A stretch of DNA of 24,000 nucleotides, from NCBI GenBank assembly GCA_049273835.1, contig JBASRM010000354.1, positions 26,022 to 50,021 of the forward strand. Direction: 5' to 3'. The notes beneath the pieces were generated by a model that saw only the letters and a list, made by a program, of their open reading frames with translations, had not been told where the DNA came from and did no database searches. The stretch is from Blastocatellia bacterium. GTDB lineage: Bacteria > Acidobacteriota > Blastocatellia > UBA7656. Below are positions 7,827 to 17,185 of this stretch, one piece after another (within the stretch, counting starts at the first letter, position 1; every line of letters begins with the position of its first letter). A program made the position numbers and the translations under genes.

Positions 7827-8942
7827 CTACTCATCGCGCGCTTTAGCGTTCGCGCCAGTATTGATTCGAGGCTGATGGCCATCTTCGGCGCGCGACCCAT
7901 AAAAGACATCGCCTTTGCTGCGCGGGAGTGTGGCATAAACCAGTCCACGCATCACTCGCTTGCAGCGCGGGCAGTAGTCCTGAAGAGTGTGCCCGTCTCC
8001 CATCCGGTAGTCGAAGCCTAACTGCCCGACTACATCCTTCAGATCATCAAGCCACATCTGACCAACGAACTCCGCCCCGCATCGCAGGCAGACCGCCTGC
8101 TGCGCGTCTCTCTCGCTGCGTTGATAAAGCTCAACGCCTATCGATGCCGGGCGTTGCACGACGTGAAAGAGTTTACCGAACGGCAAATAAAAGAGCGTCA
8201 TGATAACCAGCGCCTGGTGGCTGAGCGCGATGAACGAGTACATGTAGCCTTTAAGCCAAAGGCTCGACACCGTCAACATTATGCCCGTCACCGCGACTGC
8301 TATCAGTAGCAAGTGCGGAACAAAGTCGAGCAGAAACTGTTGGAGCGCGATTGCCCCACGGTCGCGCAGGCGGCGCCGGATTGCGATGGCGCACCCGGCG
8401 ATAACCATGATGGCCGTGAAGTCCAGGGCGTGAAACGTAGCCCAGGCCAGGATGCTGCGCCCTTGTAGAATCGAGGTCGGGAAGCCAAAAACATACGCCC
8501 GATAACCTTGTGCCCCCTCGAGCCTGAAATGAATCCAGCCGAAAACGAGCGGAAACGTGACAAGCGCGGAGATCACGCAACCCCACATGATGAGTGCGTG
8601 CATCAGCCAGCGACTAAAGCCGCGCCTTGCGATGAAACGCTGCTCGATCAGGTTTTGGGCTAAGGTCTGCGCCGCGCTCTTCGTGTTAGCGGCGAGCCTC
8701 TCGCGGTTGCGAAAAAGCTGCCAGCCGCGCCTCCAGTAAACGCGGGTTGCCGGGCGCTGAAGCCAGACCGCGTAGCGAAATACGACCGCTCCCAAGGCGG
8801 CGACGCTCGCTACCGTATAACCGAAGAGCGCCGGATCATAATGCTCAAGGTTACGCGACCCGACTACGATTAGGACGGTCAATCCTGCGGAGGCCCCGAG
8901 GGCGAGAAAGAATGGCCGCCGGTGTGTTGTTGACTCGGGCAT
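7827..8942 (-). CDS. Polytopic membrane protein with a NarI/DsrM-type (di-heme cytochrome b-like) core and a C-terminal CxxC...CxxC zinc-ribbon
   Basis: About 7 hydrophobic helices are present. LFYLPFGKLFHVVQRP resembles the P-(F/Y)-(S/G)-K-L-x-H helix-end motif of the NarI family. The C-terminus carries CLRCGAEF...CPRCKR. It is the first gene of the Mo-enzyme cluster. Confidence 0.55.
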   Translation of the reverse strand: MPESTTHRRPFFLALGASAGLTVLIVVGSRNLEHYDPALFGYTVASVAALGAVVFRYAVWLQRPATRVYWRRGWQLFRNRERLAANTKSAAQTLAQNLIEQRFIARRGFSRWLMHALIMWGCVISALVTFPLVFGWIHFRLEGAQGYRAYVFGFPTSILQGRSILAWATFHALDFTAIMVIAGCAIAIRRRLRDRGAIALQQFLLDFVPHLLLIAVAVTGIMLTVSSLWLKGYMYSFIALSHQALVIMTLFYLPFGKLFHVVQRPASIGVELYQRSERDAQQAVCLRCGAEFVGQMWLDDLKDVVGQLGFDYRMGDGHTLQDYCPRCKRVMRGLVYATLPRSKGDVFYGSRAEDGHQPRINTGANAKARDE

Positions 8943-9164
8943 ATCCGTAGATGCTTTCAGGGCAAAACAGCAAATAAGAAGCTTTCAGCTTTCATTATCA
9001 CAGGCGAAATTGTGAATCAATCCTCCGACTCGCAACGGATATGGCGGTTGATGCCGCAAAGAGATAAATCAAATTCCTACTTGAGTAACTCCGGATTTCC
9101 TTGCTGCAGTGCCTGCCGGTTGATGTCCCTGATCTGCCGTCCGACTCGGTCGCTACTTCGGGCC

Positions 9165-11150
<1,986 letters not shown>

Positions 11151-11444
11151 CTTCGAGGATCAGAGTGAACAATATGGTACAAACCTCGACTCGCTCACAC
11201 AAGTGGTGGCTTGTAAAAAGCCTTCGCTCGAGAGTAAATCCAGCCTGTTGCGGGTTGCGTGGCGCTCCTCCTGTCCTGAATGTTTCCGGCTCGCAAGTGA
11301 GGGGCGGGCACGGGGGACCGCCACAGGACTAGCATTCGCCGTTACACTCAACCAAGTGCGAATTGTCGGCTTGTAGATGGTTTGATTCGGAGTGAATAAC
11401 AGCACCGCGTTAGTAGAGAAGCTGTGCCAGAAGATGCCTTTACC

Positions 11445-11864
11445 CTACCCTTCTTCCACGCCGGTGATCTCGTCGATACGGATGCGAAAGACAATGATTG
11501 AAGACTGTCCATCGTGGACAGGAAGAGACTCCACAGGCGTGAGTTGAGGGAATCTGGACAGAAGCCGGCGAAGGGCCCAGGCTCTCTCGTCGTCACGGGT
11601 GATTTCTTCGTACCTGCCGAAGGCGATCGCACTGCGCCAGTGGTATTGGTCTCGGATTTCATCAACCTGAAGGCAGGCGCGCTGGTTGGCGCGCAACGCC
11701 TCGATCTTGCGTCCGGACAGCGAGTGGACATAGAAGCTGTCTTCATGAAAGACGTAGTTGACCGGAACAACGTATGGCCCGTCGTTGACTACGCATCCAA
11801 GGCGTCCGGTGCGTGTTTCGGTCAACAGCGCCCGCGCCTTTTCTTTGCTGAGAGGTCGTATCAT
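11445..11864 (-). CDS. Pyridoxamine 5'-phosphate oxidase-family (split-barrel flavin/F420-binding) protein
   Basis: The 139-aa sequence RLGCVVNDGPYVVPVNYVFHEDSFYVHS...RACLQVDEI...WRS is typical of the PNPOx-like family. A GGAG RBS lies 7 nt upstream of the ATG. Confidence 0.8.
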   Translation of the reverse strand: MIRPLSKEKARALLTETRTGRLGCVVNDGPYVVPVNYVFHEDSFYVHSLSGRKIEALRANQRACLQVDEIRDQYHWRSAIAFGRYEEITRDDERAWALRRLLSRFPQLTPVESLPVHDGQSSIIVFRIRIDEITGVEEG

Positions 11865-11894
11865 AATCTAACTCCGTATCACTGCAGGGCCCGC

Positions 11895-12353
11895 TTAGTT
11901 GTGACCCTCGCGTGTGCGCACTATTTCGACCGAGCACTTCGCATGCGCAGCCACCGCCTGTGAGACGGACCCGAGCCACAGTTTCGTCAGTCCGCGGTAA
12001 CCATGGGAGCCGACAACGATCAGGTCGGCGTCCCATGCGTTCGACTCGTCTATGATGGCGTGCTTCGGATGTCCCCTGACGATCTCGGTGGTAACGCGAA
12101 CCCTGTCGCGTTGCATATTGGTTATTTGGTCGGCAGCCTTGTTAACGACGGAACGGGCCTGTTCTTCGCCGGCCATCTCCAGGGCCTCGATGTAATTGTC
12201 GGGAGGGACCCAGCTTTCGACAGTAGGCAACAATGGCGGTTCTACCACCGAGATGATTTTAGCTTTTGATCCCTCGGGCCATGGCCTGGTTGCGACTTGT
12301 TTGACGGCTGCATCGCTGAAGGATGAACCATCGATCGCCAGTAATATTTTCAT
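11895..12353 (-). CDS. Universal stress protein (single Usp domain)
   Basis: MKILLAIDGSSFSDAA...DLIVVGSHGYRGLTKLWLGSVSQAVAAHAKCSVEIV is a canonical UspA domain with an ATP-binding G-x2-G-x9-G(S/T) motif. A GAGGAG RBS is present. Confidence 0.9.
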   Translation of the reverse strand: MKILLAIDGSSFSDAAVKQVATRPWPEGSKAKIISVVEPPLLPTVESWVPPDNYIEALEMAGEEQARSVVNKAADQITNMQRDRVRVTTEIVRGHPKHAIIDESNAWDADLIVVGSHGYRGLTKLWLGSVSQAVAAHAKCSVEIVRTREGHN

Positions 12354-12383
12354 TGTAAGTCTCCTCGATTGCTCCCCATCGTT

Positions 12384-13307
12384 TCAGGCTGTCAACGTCG
12401 CAAGGGCCGGCTTCAGCGGCCTTGCTATGAGCACCGGGCAAGGTGCCTGACGCAGCACACGATCTGCGTTTGACCCGAATAGCGCTCGCATGCCAAACCC
12501 CGTACCGCTGGCTCCCATGCATATGAGGTCGATGTTCTGCTCATCGGCATACGCCAGCACTTCCCGGTAAGGAAGGCCCTCGCGCACCGCCTGTTTTACA
12601 TTGCACCACAGGCGAGCTTCCGGGGGCACAGAGCTTTGAAGGCGGCTAGCGGCTTCGCAGAATCCCTGGTCGGCCCCGGGCGGCAAAAACGCGATCTCCG
12701 GCGCCGAGTGCTTAACCGAGCGCGTAGGCAATACGTGCAACAGATAGACCTCGGCTTGATACTCCTGGGCAAGCGACAAACCATAGCAGAGCGCCAACTC
12801 AGAGTCGCTGGAAGAGTCGTACGCGACAAGCACTCTCCGCAGTCCAATCTCATTAGTCGTAACCCCCGCCCAGTCGTGTTCGCGGGGATGAGTGATCAGC
12901 ACTGGGCATGGCGCGGTGCGACAGACAGATTCCGCCGTGGAGCCCAGCAAGGCCGCCGCATAAGGCCGCCTGCGCGAGCGCATGATAATCAGGTCGATCC
13001 GTCGCTCCGCCGCCGCCTCTGCAATGGCGGTCTTAGGATCACCATTCACCAGCACTGTGTCCCAGGTGAAGCTTGCGGACATGGGAACCAGCAGGTGCTT
13101 TCGAACTGCCCTGTCGACGATTTGCTTGATGTGTTCGCGCTCACTTGACTCCACTACATCATAGCTGTCGATGCAGTTCATCACGAAAAGCCGGGCGTCA
13201 TAGGCCTTCGCCAGAGCTATGCCGTAACGAAGCGAGTCTTCGGATTCCGGCGTAAGATCGATCGGACACAGAATTCGCTCAAAGATTATTCGCCCGTTGA
13301 TGGCCAT
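12384..13307 (-). CDS. Tandem-domain universal stress protein
   Basis: Two Usp domains are present (ILCPIDLT...DLIIMRSRRR...LGSTAESVCRTAPCPVLI and VLVAYDSS...DLICMGASGTG...FGSNADRVLRQAPCPVLI). A GAGGAGG RBS is present. Confidence 0.9.
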   Translation of the reverse strand: MAINGRIIFERILCPIDLTPESEDSLRYGIALAKAYDARLFVMNCIDSYDVVESSEREHIKQIVDRAVRKHLLVPMSASFTWDTVLVNGDPKTAIAEAAAERRIDLIIMRSRRRPYAAALLGSTAESVCRTAPCPVLITHPREHDWAGVTTNEIGLRRVLVAYDSSSDSELALCYGLSLAQEYQAEVYLLHVLPTRSVKHSAPEIAFLPPGADQGFCEAASRLQSSVPPEARLWCNVKQAVREGLPYREVLAYADEQNIDLICMGASGTGFGMRALFGSNADRVLRQAPCPVLIARPLKPALATLTA

Positions 13308-13354
13308 GAGCTTTCGTCCTCCTCACCGGAGCGTTTCAGTTCTCACGGTTGGAG

Positions 13355-13370
13355 AGCAACGAACGTGCCG
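13355..13370 (-). promoter_or_regulatory. Sigma-54 (RpoN) promoter, minus-strand CGGCACGTTCGTTGCT
   Basis: It matches TGGCACG-N4-TTGCW at every specified position except the first base. The GG to GC spacing is correct. The -12 element lies about 50 nt upstream of the tandem-USP start codon and just downstream of the NtrC-type activator gene. Confidence 0.6.
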
Positions 13371-13495
13371 CCGAAAAGGCCGCTATTTCCGGCTCGCCCA
13401 AAGTACGAATGCGAAAAATGGCTTATCCACAGCGGAGAATTCCACAATGTGCTGGTCGTTGCCGGCCCGAAGACAAGCAGCGAGGTGTAGGCCGC

Positions 13496-14953
13496 TCACC
13501 GTTCACTTGTTTGGTCTTCGAGTTTCTTGAGCCGGTAGCGAAGCTGATCGCGGGAGATGCCTAAGAGCTCGGCGGCTCGAGTCTGATTGCCGTTGCTCCG
13601 CTCCAGGGCCTGCTTTACAAAAGACATCTCCACGTCATCCAACACAAGACCCTCAGGCGGGAGGCGAAACGCAGGACGGCTAGACTGCAGAGTGGCCGGT
13701 TCAGCTTGTTCGCCGTGCCCGTCCTCAACCCTGCCAGTTCGTCCGGCTGTGGACTTTCGGCCGATGTCCGCTACATCTCTTCCTACTCCACGCGGCAGGT
13801 AAGTCGCAGTTATCAAGTCTCCATCCTCAAGTATCATCACGCGCTCGATGACATTGCGGAGCTCACGCACGTTGCCGGGCCACTGATATTGGCGAAACGT
13901 CTCTGCAACCTCCGGCGTGAGCCCGCGAACACGCTTGCGAAGGCGCTCGTTGAAGTGGTTGACGTAATGCTGCGCGAGAAGGATCGTGTCATCACCGCGC
14001 TCGCGCAACGGAGGAATATCGATTTGTATGACCGAAAGTCTGTAGTACAGATCCAATCGGAACCGTCCGGATTCGCTCTCAGCCTTGAGATCACGATTGG
14101 ACGAAGCAATGACACGCACATCAAGAGGGATGTCTCGGAGGCCGCCGACGCGTCTGAAGGAACCTTCTTCGAGCACTCGAAGCAGCTTGGCCTGCACACT
14201 CAGTTCAAGCTCACCGATCTCATCAAGAAAAAGCGTGCCGCCTTCGGCCTGCTCGAACAAACCCTCTTTTCTCGCCTTCGCATCGGTGAACGCACCCTTC
14301 TCATACCCGAACAATTCGCTCTCGATCAGGTTCGCGGGAATTGCAGCGCAATTGATCGCGATAAATGGTAATTCAGCGCGGCGTGACCCATAGTGAATCG
14401 CTTTGGCGACCATGTCCTTGCCTGTGCCCGATTCGCCTTGAAGAAGAACGGATGAGACCTCGCTCTCCGCCACTTTTTTGGCAAGCGCAAACACATCACG
14501 CAATCCCGGCGATTCGCCCACTATTTGATCGAAGCTGAACTGACGCGCGCGCTCCCGTCGAATGAGACGAACTTCCTTTCGCAGGGACTGTGCTTCGATG
14601 CCGTTGCGAATTGTAATCTGGAGTTCCTCCAGATTAATGGGTTTGCCGACGAAGTCATAAGCGCCGCCCCGCAGTGCGGCAATCGTATCCGCTACGAGCA
14701 CGCTTCCGGTCATCATGATGACGACGGCGTCCGGTTGTCGGCGCTTGATCTCGCGTAAACCGTCGAGCCCCGAACCATCGGGCAGGTTCACATCCAAAAG
14801 CACCGCCGCGGGCTGATCAATATCGAATGTGGAAAGCGCAGCATGCACAGTTCCCGCCTCCACACAGGCATAGCCCCAGTTGCGCAACGCTTCGGTAAGC
14901 GTCCAGCGAATCATCTGATCATCGTCTACGATGAGAACCTTTTCCGTAGCCAT
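13496..14953 (-). CDS. Sigma-54-dependent Fis-family response regulator (NtrC-type enhancer-binding protein)
   Basis: It has a receiver domain (VLIVDDD...DVNLPD) and an AAA+ domain with GESGTGK Walker A, the GAFTDA sigma-54 contact loop and an [13 protein letters not shown] segment. The C-terminal Fis HTH reads [22 protein letters not shown]. Confidence 0.95.
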   Translation of the reverse strand: MATEKVLIVDDDQMIRWTLTEALRNWGYACVEAGTVHAALSTFDIDQPAAVLLDVNLPDGSGLDGLREIKRRQPDAVVIMMTGSVLVADTIAALRGGAYDFVGKPINLEELQITIRNGIEAQSLRKEVRLIRRERARQFSFDQIVGESPGLRDVFALAKKVAESEVSSVLLQGESGTGKDMVAKAIHYGSRRAELPFIAINCAAIPANLIESELFGYEKGAFTDAKARKEGLFEQAEGGTLFLDEIGELELSVQAKLLRVLEEGSFRRVGGLRDIPLDVRVIASSNRDLKAESESGRFRLDLYYRLSVIQIDIPPLRERGDDTILLAQHYVNHFNERLRKRVRGLTPEVAETFRQYQWPGNVRELRNVIERVMILEDGDLITATYLPRGVGRDVADIGRKSTAGRTGRVEDGHGEQAEPATLQSSRPAFRLPPEGLVLDDVEMSFVKQALERSNGNQTRAAELLGISRDQLRYRLKKLEDQTSER

Positions 14954-15204
14954 CGCACTTACTTTGACATCACTGTCGGTCCAAAACCAGTTCCAGACGA
15001 TCTGTTAGCATCCGTCTCATTCTCTTTTGCCATTTCGACTGGGCATCGAAGGGATCGCCCATCATTGTCGATGCAGAAGTGATCAGCGTGGTCGAATCAT
15101 AGCACCTGAGCAAAAGCGCAAACAACAAAGCGTCTATGAAGCAAGTGGCTTGATTCTCGATGATTGGAGTCGTCCTGTTTGAATCTTGGAGGGCTTTGGC
15201 GAGA

Positions 15205-15381
15205 CTAGCGTGACGGATCCACGTTTTGGCTTTTCAGATTATCTGCTACGAGGAACACAATGCCGATTGCTAACCAAAAACCAGCTTTCATCCAGCTGTT
15301 TGCTTCAAATGCCTCAAGGGTGGCAACTCCAAAGAAGAGTGCGAACACAGCAAAGTTGGTTCCGATCTTTAAGCTTTTCAT
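15205..15381 (-). CDS. Unlisted 58-aa two-TM membrane protein
   Basis: It falls below the ORF-track size cut-off. ATG 15381 is preceded by GGAGGAGG. The sequence is MKSLKIGTNFAVFALFFGVATLEAFEANSWMKAGFWLAIGIVFLVADNLKSQNVDPSR. Confidence 0.45.
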   Translation of the reverse strand: MKSLKIGTNFAVFALFFGVATLEAFEANSWMKAGFWLAIGIVFLVADNLKSQNVDPSR

Positions 15382-15481
15382 GATCTACTCCGTCAGGCCT
15401 CCTCCATCAAGTGAATGCTGCTTATGTTGCGTTAGGGTCCTTGACCCGGGTTGGCAGAGATAGGAGCGCCGGAATCCACAA

Positions 15482-15850
15482 TCAAACAGTCTTCCGGCGC
15501 TCCTCCAGTTTTGCGATTGTCCCCTGGAGCCAGTTCTTCAAATCCTCCTCCTTCTTTTGTTGATCCTCGTTCAACTCCAACTCGTCGATGGTTTCGCCGG
15601 AGGCATTCAACGGAATGTGATGGCAGGGCACGTCTTCTCTCCGTTGATCCGGCGGGACGAAGTCAAGTAGAAGACATTCGCTGCACGGATGAGTTCTCTG
15701 CGGATCGGCGAAGTTCAGACAGCTCGGGGAGTCTTGAAAGCTCGACGTCGGCTGCCGGGGAGTCTTCACTGAACGCCCGTACCCGCCCTTCTCGATGAAA
15801 TTAAGCTCCGCTTTCAGCACCTCCAGAGTGTCGCGCTCATCGTTGGTCAT
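15482..15850 (-). CDS. Hypothetical cytoplasmic protein with a CxxxxxxxxxxCxxC...CHH cysteine/histidine cluster
   Basis: This is track ORF 15482-15862. I prefer the second ATG (15850) because GGAGG lies 5 nt upstream. I recognised no family. The C-terminal half is acidic and coiled-coil-like. Confidence 0.6.
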   Translation of the reverse strand: MTNDERDTLEVLKAELNFIEKGGYGRSVKTPRQPTSSFQDSPSCLNFADPQRTHPCSECLLLDFVPPDQRREDVPCHHIPLNASGETIDELELNEDQQKKEEDLKNWLQGTIAKLEERRKTV

Positions 15851-15927
15851 AATTACCTCCATCGCTCCGCTTCTGCGTACGCTCTTCCGATCAGTGCCCC
15901 TGGTCTAGTTCCAGACGTCCGCGCCAG

Positions 15928-16311
15928 TTACGGAACCTGATGCGCTTCAGTACTGCCGGGGAATTGGATCTCCTTTACCTCACCCGGTCCATACGGAGCA
16001 TTGATTTTCGAAACCACGATTCTGAATCCCTTTGTCTTCGGCCGCTCGACCGGTATGCAGTGAAACGAAACGACCAGGTTTCCCTTACTATCGTAGATGT
16101 AGGTGCAGTCTTCGCCCTTCGCCATTCGTTCTTCGTCGTGGATCATAAGGTACTCACCCTTGAGAAACACCCCCAAGAGTTTCACGGTCTCGGTAAACTC
16201 GACTGTCGCGCTCTCGTTTTTCTTTGCTTCCGTGTTTGCCTCTACTGCGAACACGCCGATTGTTAAGATCAGTGCGGCCAGCATCGATCCGGCAAAAACA
16301 AGTCTTTTCAT
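15928..16311 (-). CDS. Hypothetical secreted protein (127 aa)
   Basis: It has an N-terminal signal peptide (MKRLVFAGSMLAALILTIGVFAVEA), two Cys residues and an AGGAGGAG RBS upstream. I recognised no family. Confidence 0.65.
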   Translation of the reverse strand: MKRLVFAGSMLAALILTIGVFAVEANTEAKKNESATVEFTETVKLLGVFLKGEYLMIHDEERMAKGEDCTYIYDSKGNLVVSFHCIPVERPKTKGFRIVVSKINAPYGPGEVKEIQFPGSTEAHQVP

Positions 16312-16440
16312 GATTACTCCTCCTGATTGCGCCTGTTGGGCTGCGCCTGTTTTCCAACGTCAGGCGATTACGGTTTGATACCGCGAGCCCACTATAGAGT
16401 TTTCATGAAAGAAGACGATATGACCGGTGTCACCCCTCGT

Positions 16441-16456
16441 TGTGACGGCCGTCACA
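16441..16456. promoter_or_regulatory. CRP-type operator TGTGACGGCCGTCACA (perfect 16-bp palindrome) within a conserved 39-bp element (16418-16456)
   Basis: It is an exact match to TGTGA-N6-TCACA. The centre lies 137 bp upstream of the 16311 start codon. An extra TGTCACCC half-site sits at 16428-16435. Confidence 0.45.
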
Positions 16457-16577
16457 CCGTTGCCTTGTTCGTCTGGGTAACTTGTAGGGAGAGAAGAATT
16501 CGAAAAGAAAGGAGATGCAGGCGCCAAGAACCCACATCGGGTCCAGGGTTAGTTCATCAGAAATCCGCAGCGCTACC

Positions 16578-17036
16578 TCAGTCAGCCCCGGCTTGCCTGA
16601 GTAATCGGGTCACTTCAGTGTTGCATCTCGCCGTGGTCTTAAGAGCTGTCCACCCATTCTTGTTCTTGATACGCGCATCCGCGCCGTGGGTAAGCAGGGT
16701 CCTCACGACATCGACCCGGCCTTTCGCCGAGCCTTCCATCAAGGCTGTCCAACCGTCTTGGTCTTGCGCATTGACATCCGCGCCTCGCCTTAACAATTCT
16801 TCGACGGTATCTATCTGACCTCCGAAGACTGCCTCCATCAGCGGTGTGCGCCCGCATCTATCTCTAGCATTCACTGCGACTCCGTGATCCAGGAGGGCGT
16901 TTACTGCGCTTGTGTCTCCGATCAAGGAAGCCCTCATCATACCGGCGAGACCTTCGTCCGGCGTGCGGCTGAGCTTCGCTTGGGCGAGCGCGGCTCTGAC
17001 AGCTTCGGTGTGCACTTTCCCTATGACATAAGCCAC
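16578..17036 (-). CDS. Ankyrin-repeat protein
   Basis: At least three ANK repeats are visible (GRTPLMEAVFGGQIDTVEELLRRGADVNAQD, DGWTALMEGSAKGRVDVVRTLLTHGADARIKN, NGWTALKTTARCNTEVTRLLRQAGA). The start is GTG, with AGGAGG 8 nt upstream. Confidence 0.9.
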   Translation of the reverse strand: MAYVIGKVHTEAVRAALAQAKLSRTPDEGLAGMMRASLIGDTSAVNALLDHGVAVNARDRCGRTPLMEAVFGGQIDTVEELLRRGADVNAQDQDGWTALMEGSAKGRVDVVRTLLTHGADARIKNKNGWTALKTTARCNTEVTRLLRQAGAD

Positions 17037-17169
17037 TTAGTAGAGCCTCCTTTTGTGTCAGGGACATCAGCTATGCAGTCGCAAATGCTCAACGCTCGAG
17101 GACTCCGCAGAGCTTGGCTTACTGTGACTCAATTGAACCTGGGAAGCTATGATTGATGTCACCCATCGA

Positions 17170-17185
17170 AGTGACGGGTGTCACA
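17170..17185. promoter_or_regulatory. CRP-type operator AGTGACGGGTGTCACA within the second copy of the conserved 39-bp element (17147-17185)
   Basis: It matches 9 of 10 positions of TGTGA-N6-TCACA. The centre lies 141 bp upstream of the ankyrin start codon, almost the same spacing as the site at 16441. The flanking TGTCACCC half-site is also conserved (17157-17164). Confidence 0.4.

Noticed and set aside
9007-9029. TCACA-N8-TGTGA inverted repeat upstream of the Mo-enzyme cluster, considered as a fourth CRP-type site
   Set aside because: The half-sites are in the opposite (outward) orientation, with an 8-bp AT-containing spacer. It is not equivalent to TGTGA-N6-TCACA and does not resemble the other three sites.
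11415-11429. Perfect TGGCAC -24-like hexamer (minus strand) between the PNPOx gene and the histidine-kinase gene
   Set aside because: The position where the -12 TTGC should lie reads CTCT. Without the GC dinucleotide it is not a credible sigma-54 promoter.
16327-16818. 163-aa plus-strand ORF
   Set aside because: It lies antisense to the well-supported ankyrin-repeat gene and spans the conserved regulatory element. Its composition is Arg/Cys-rich.
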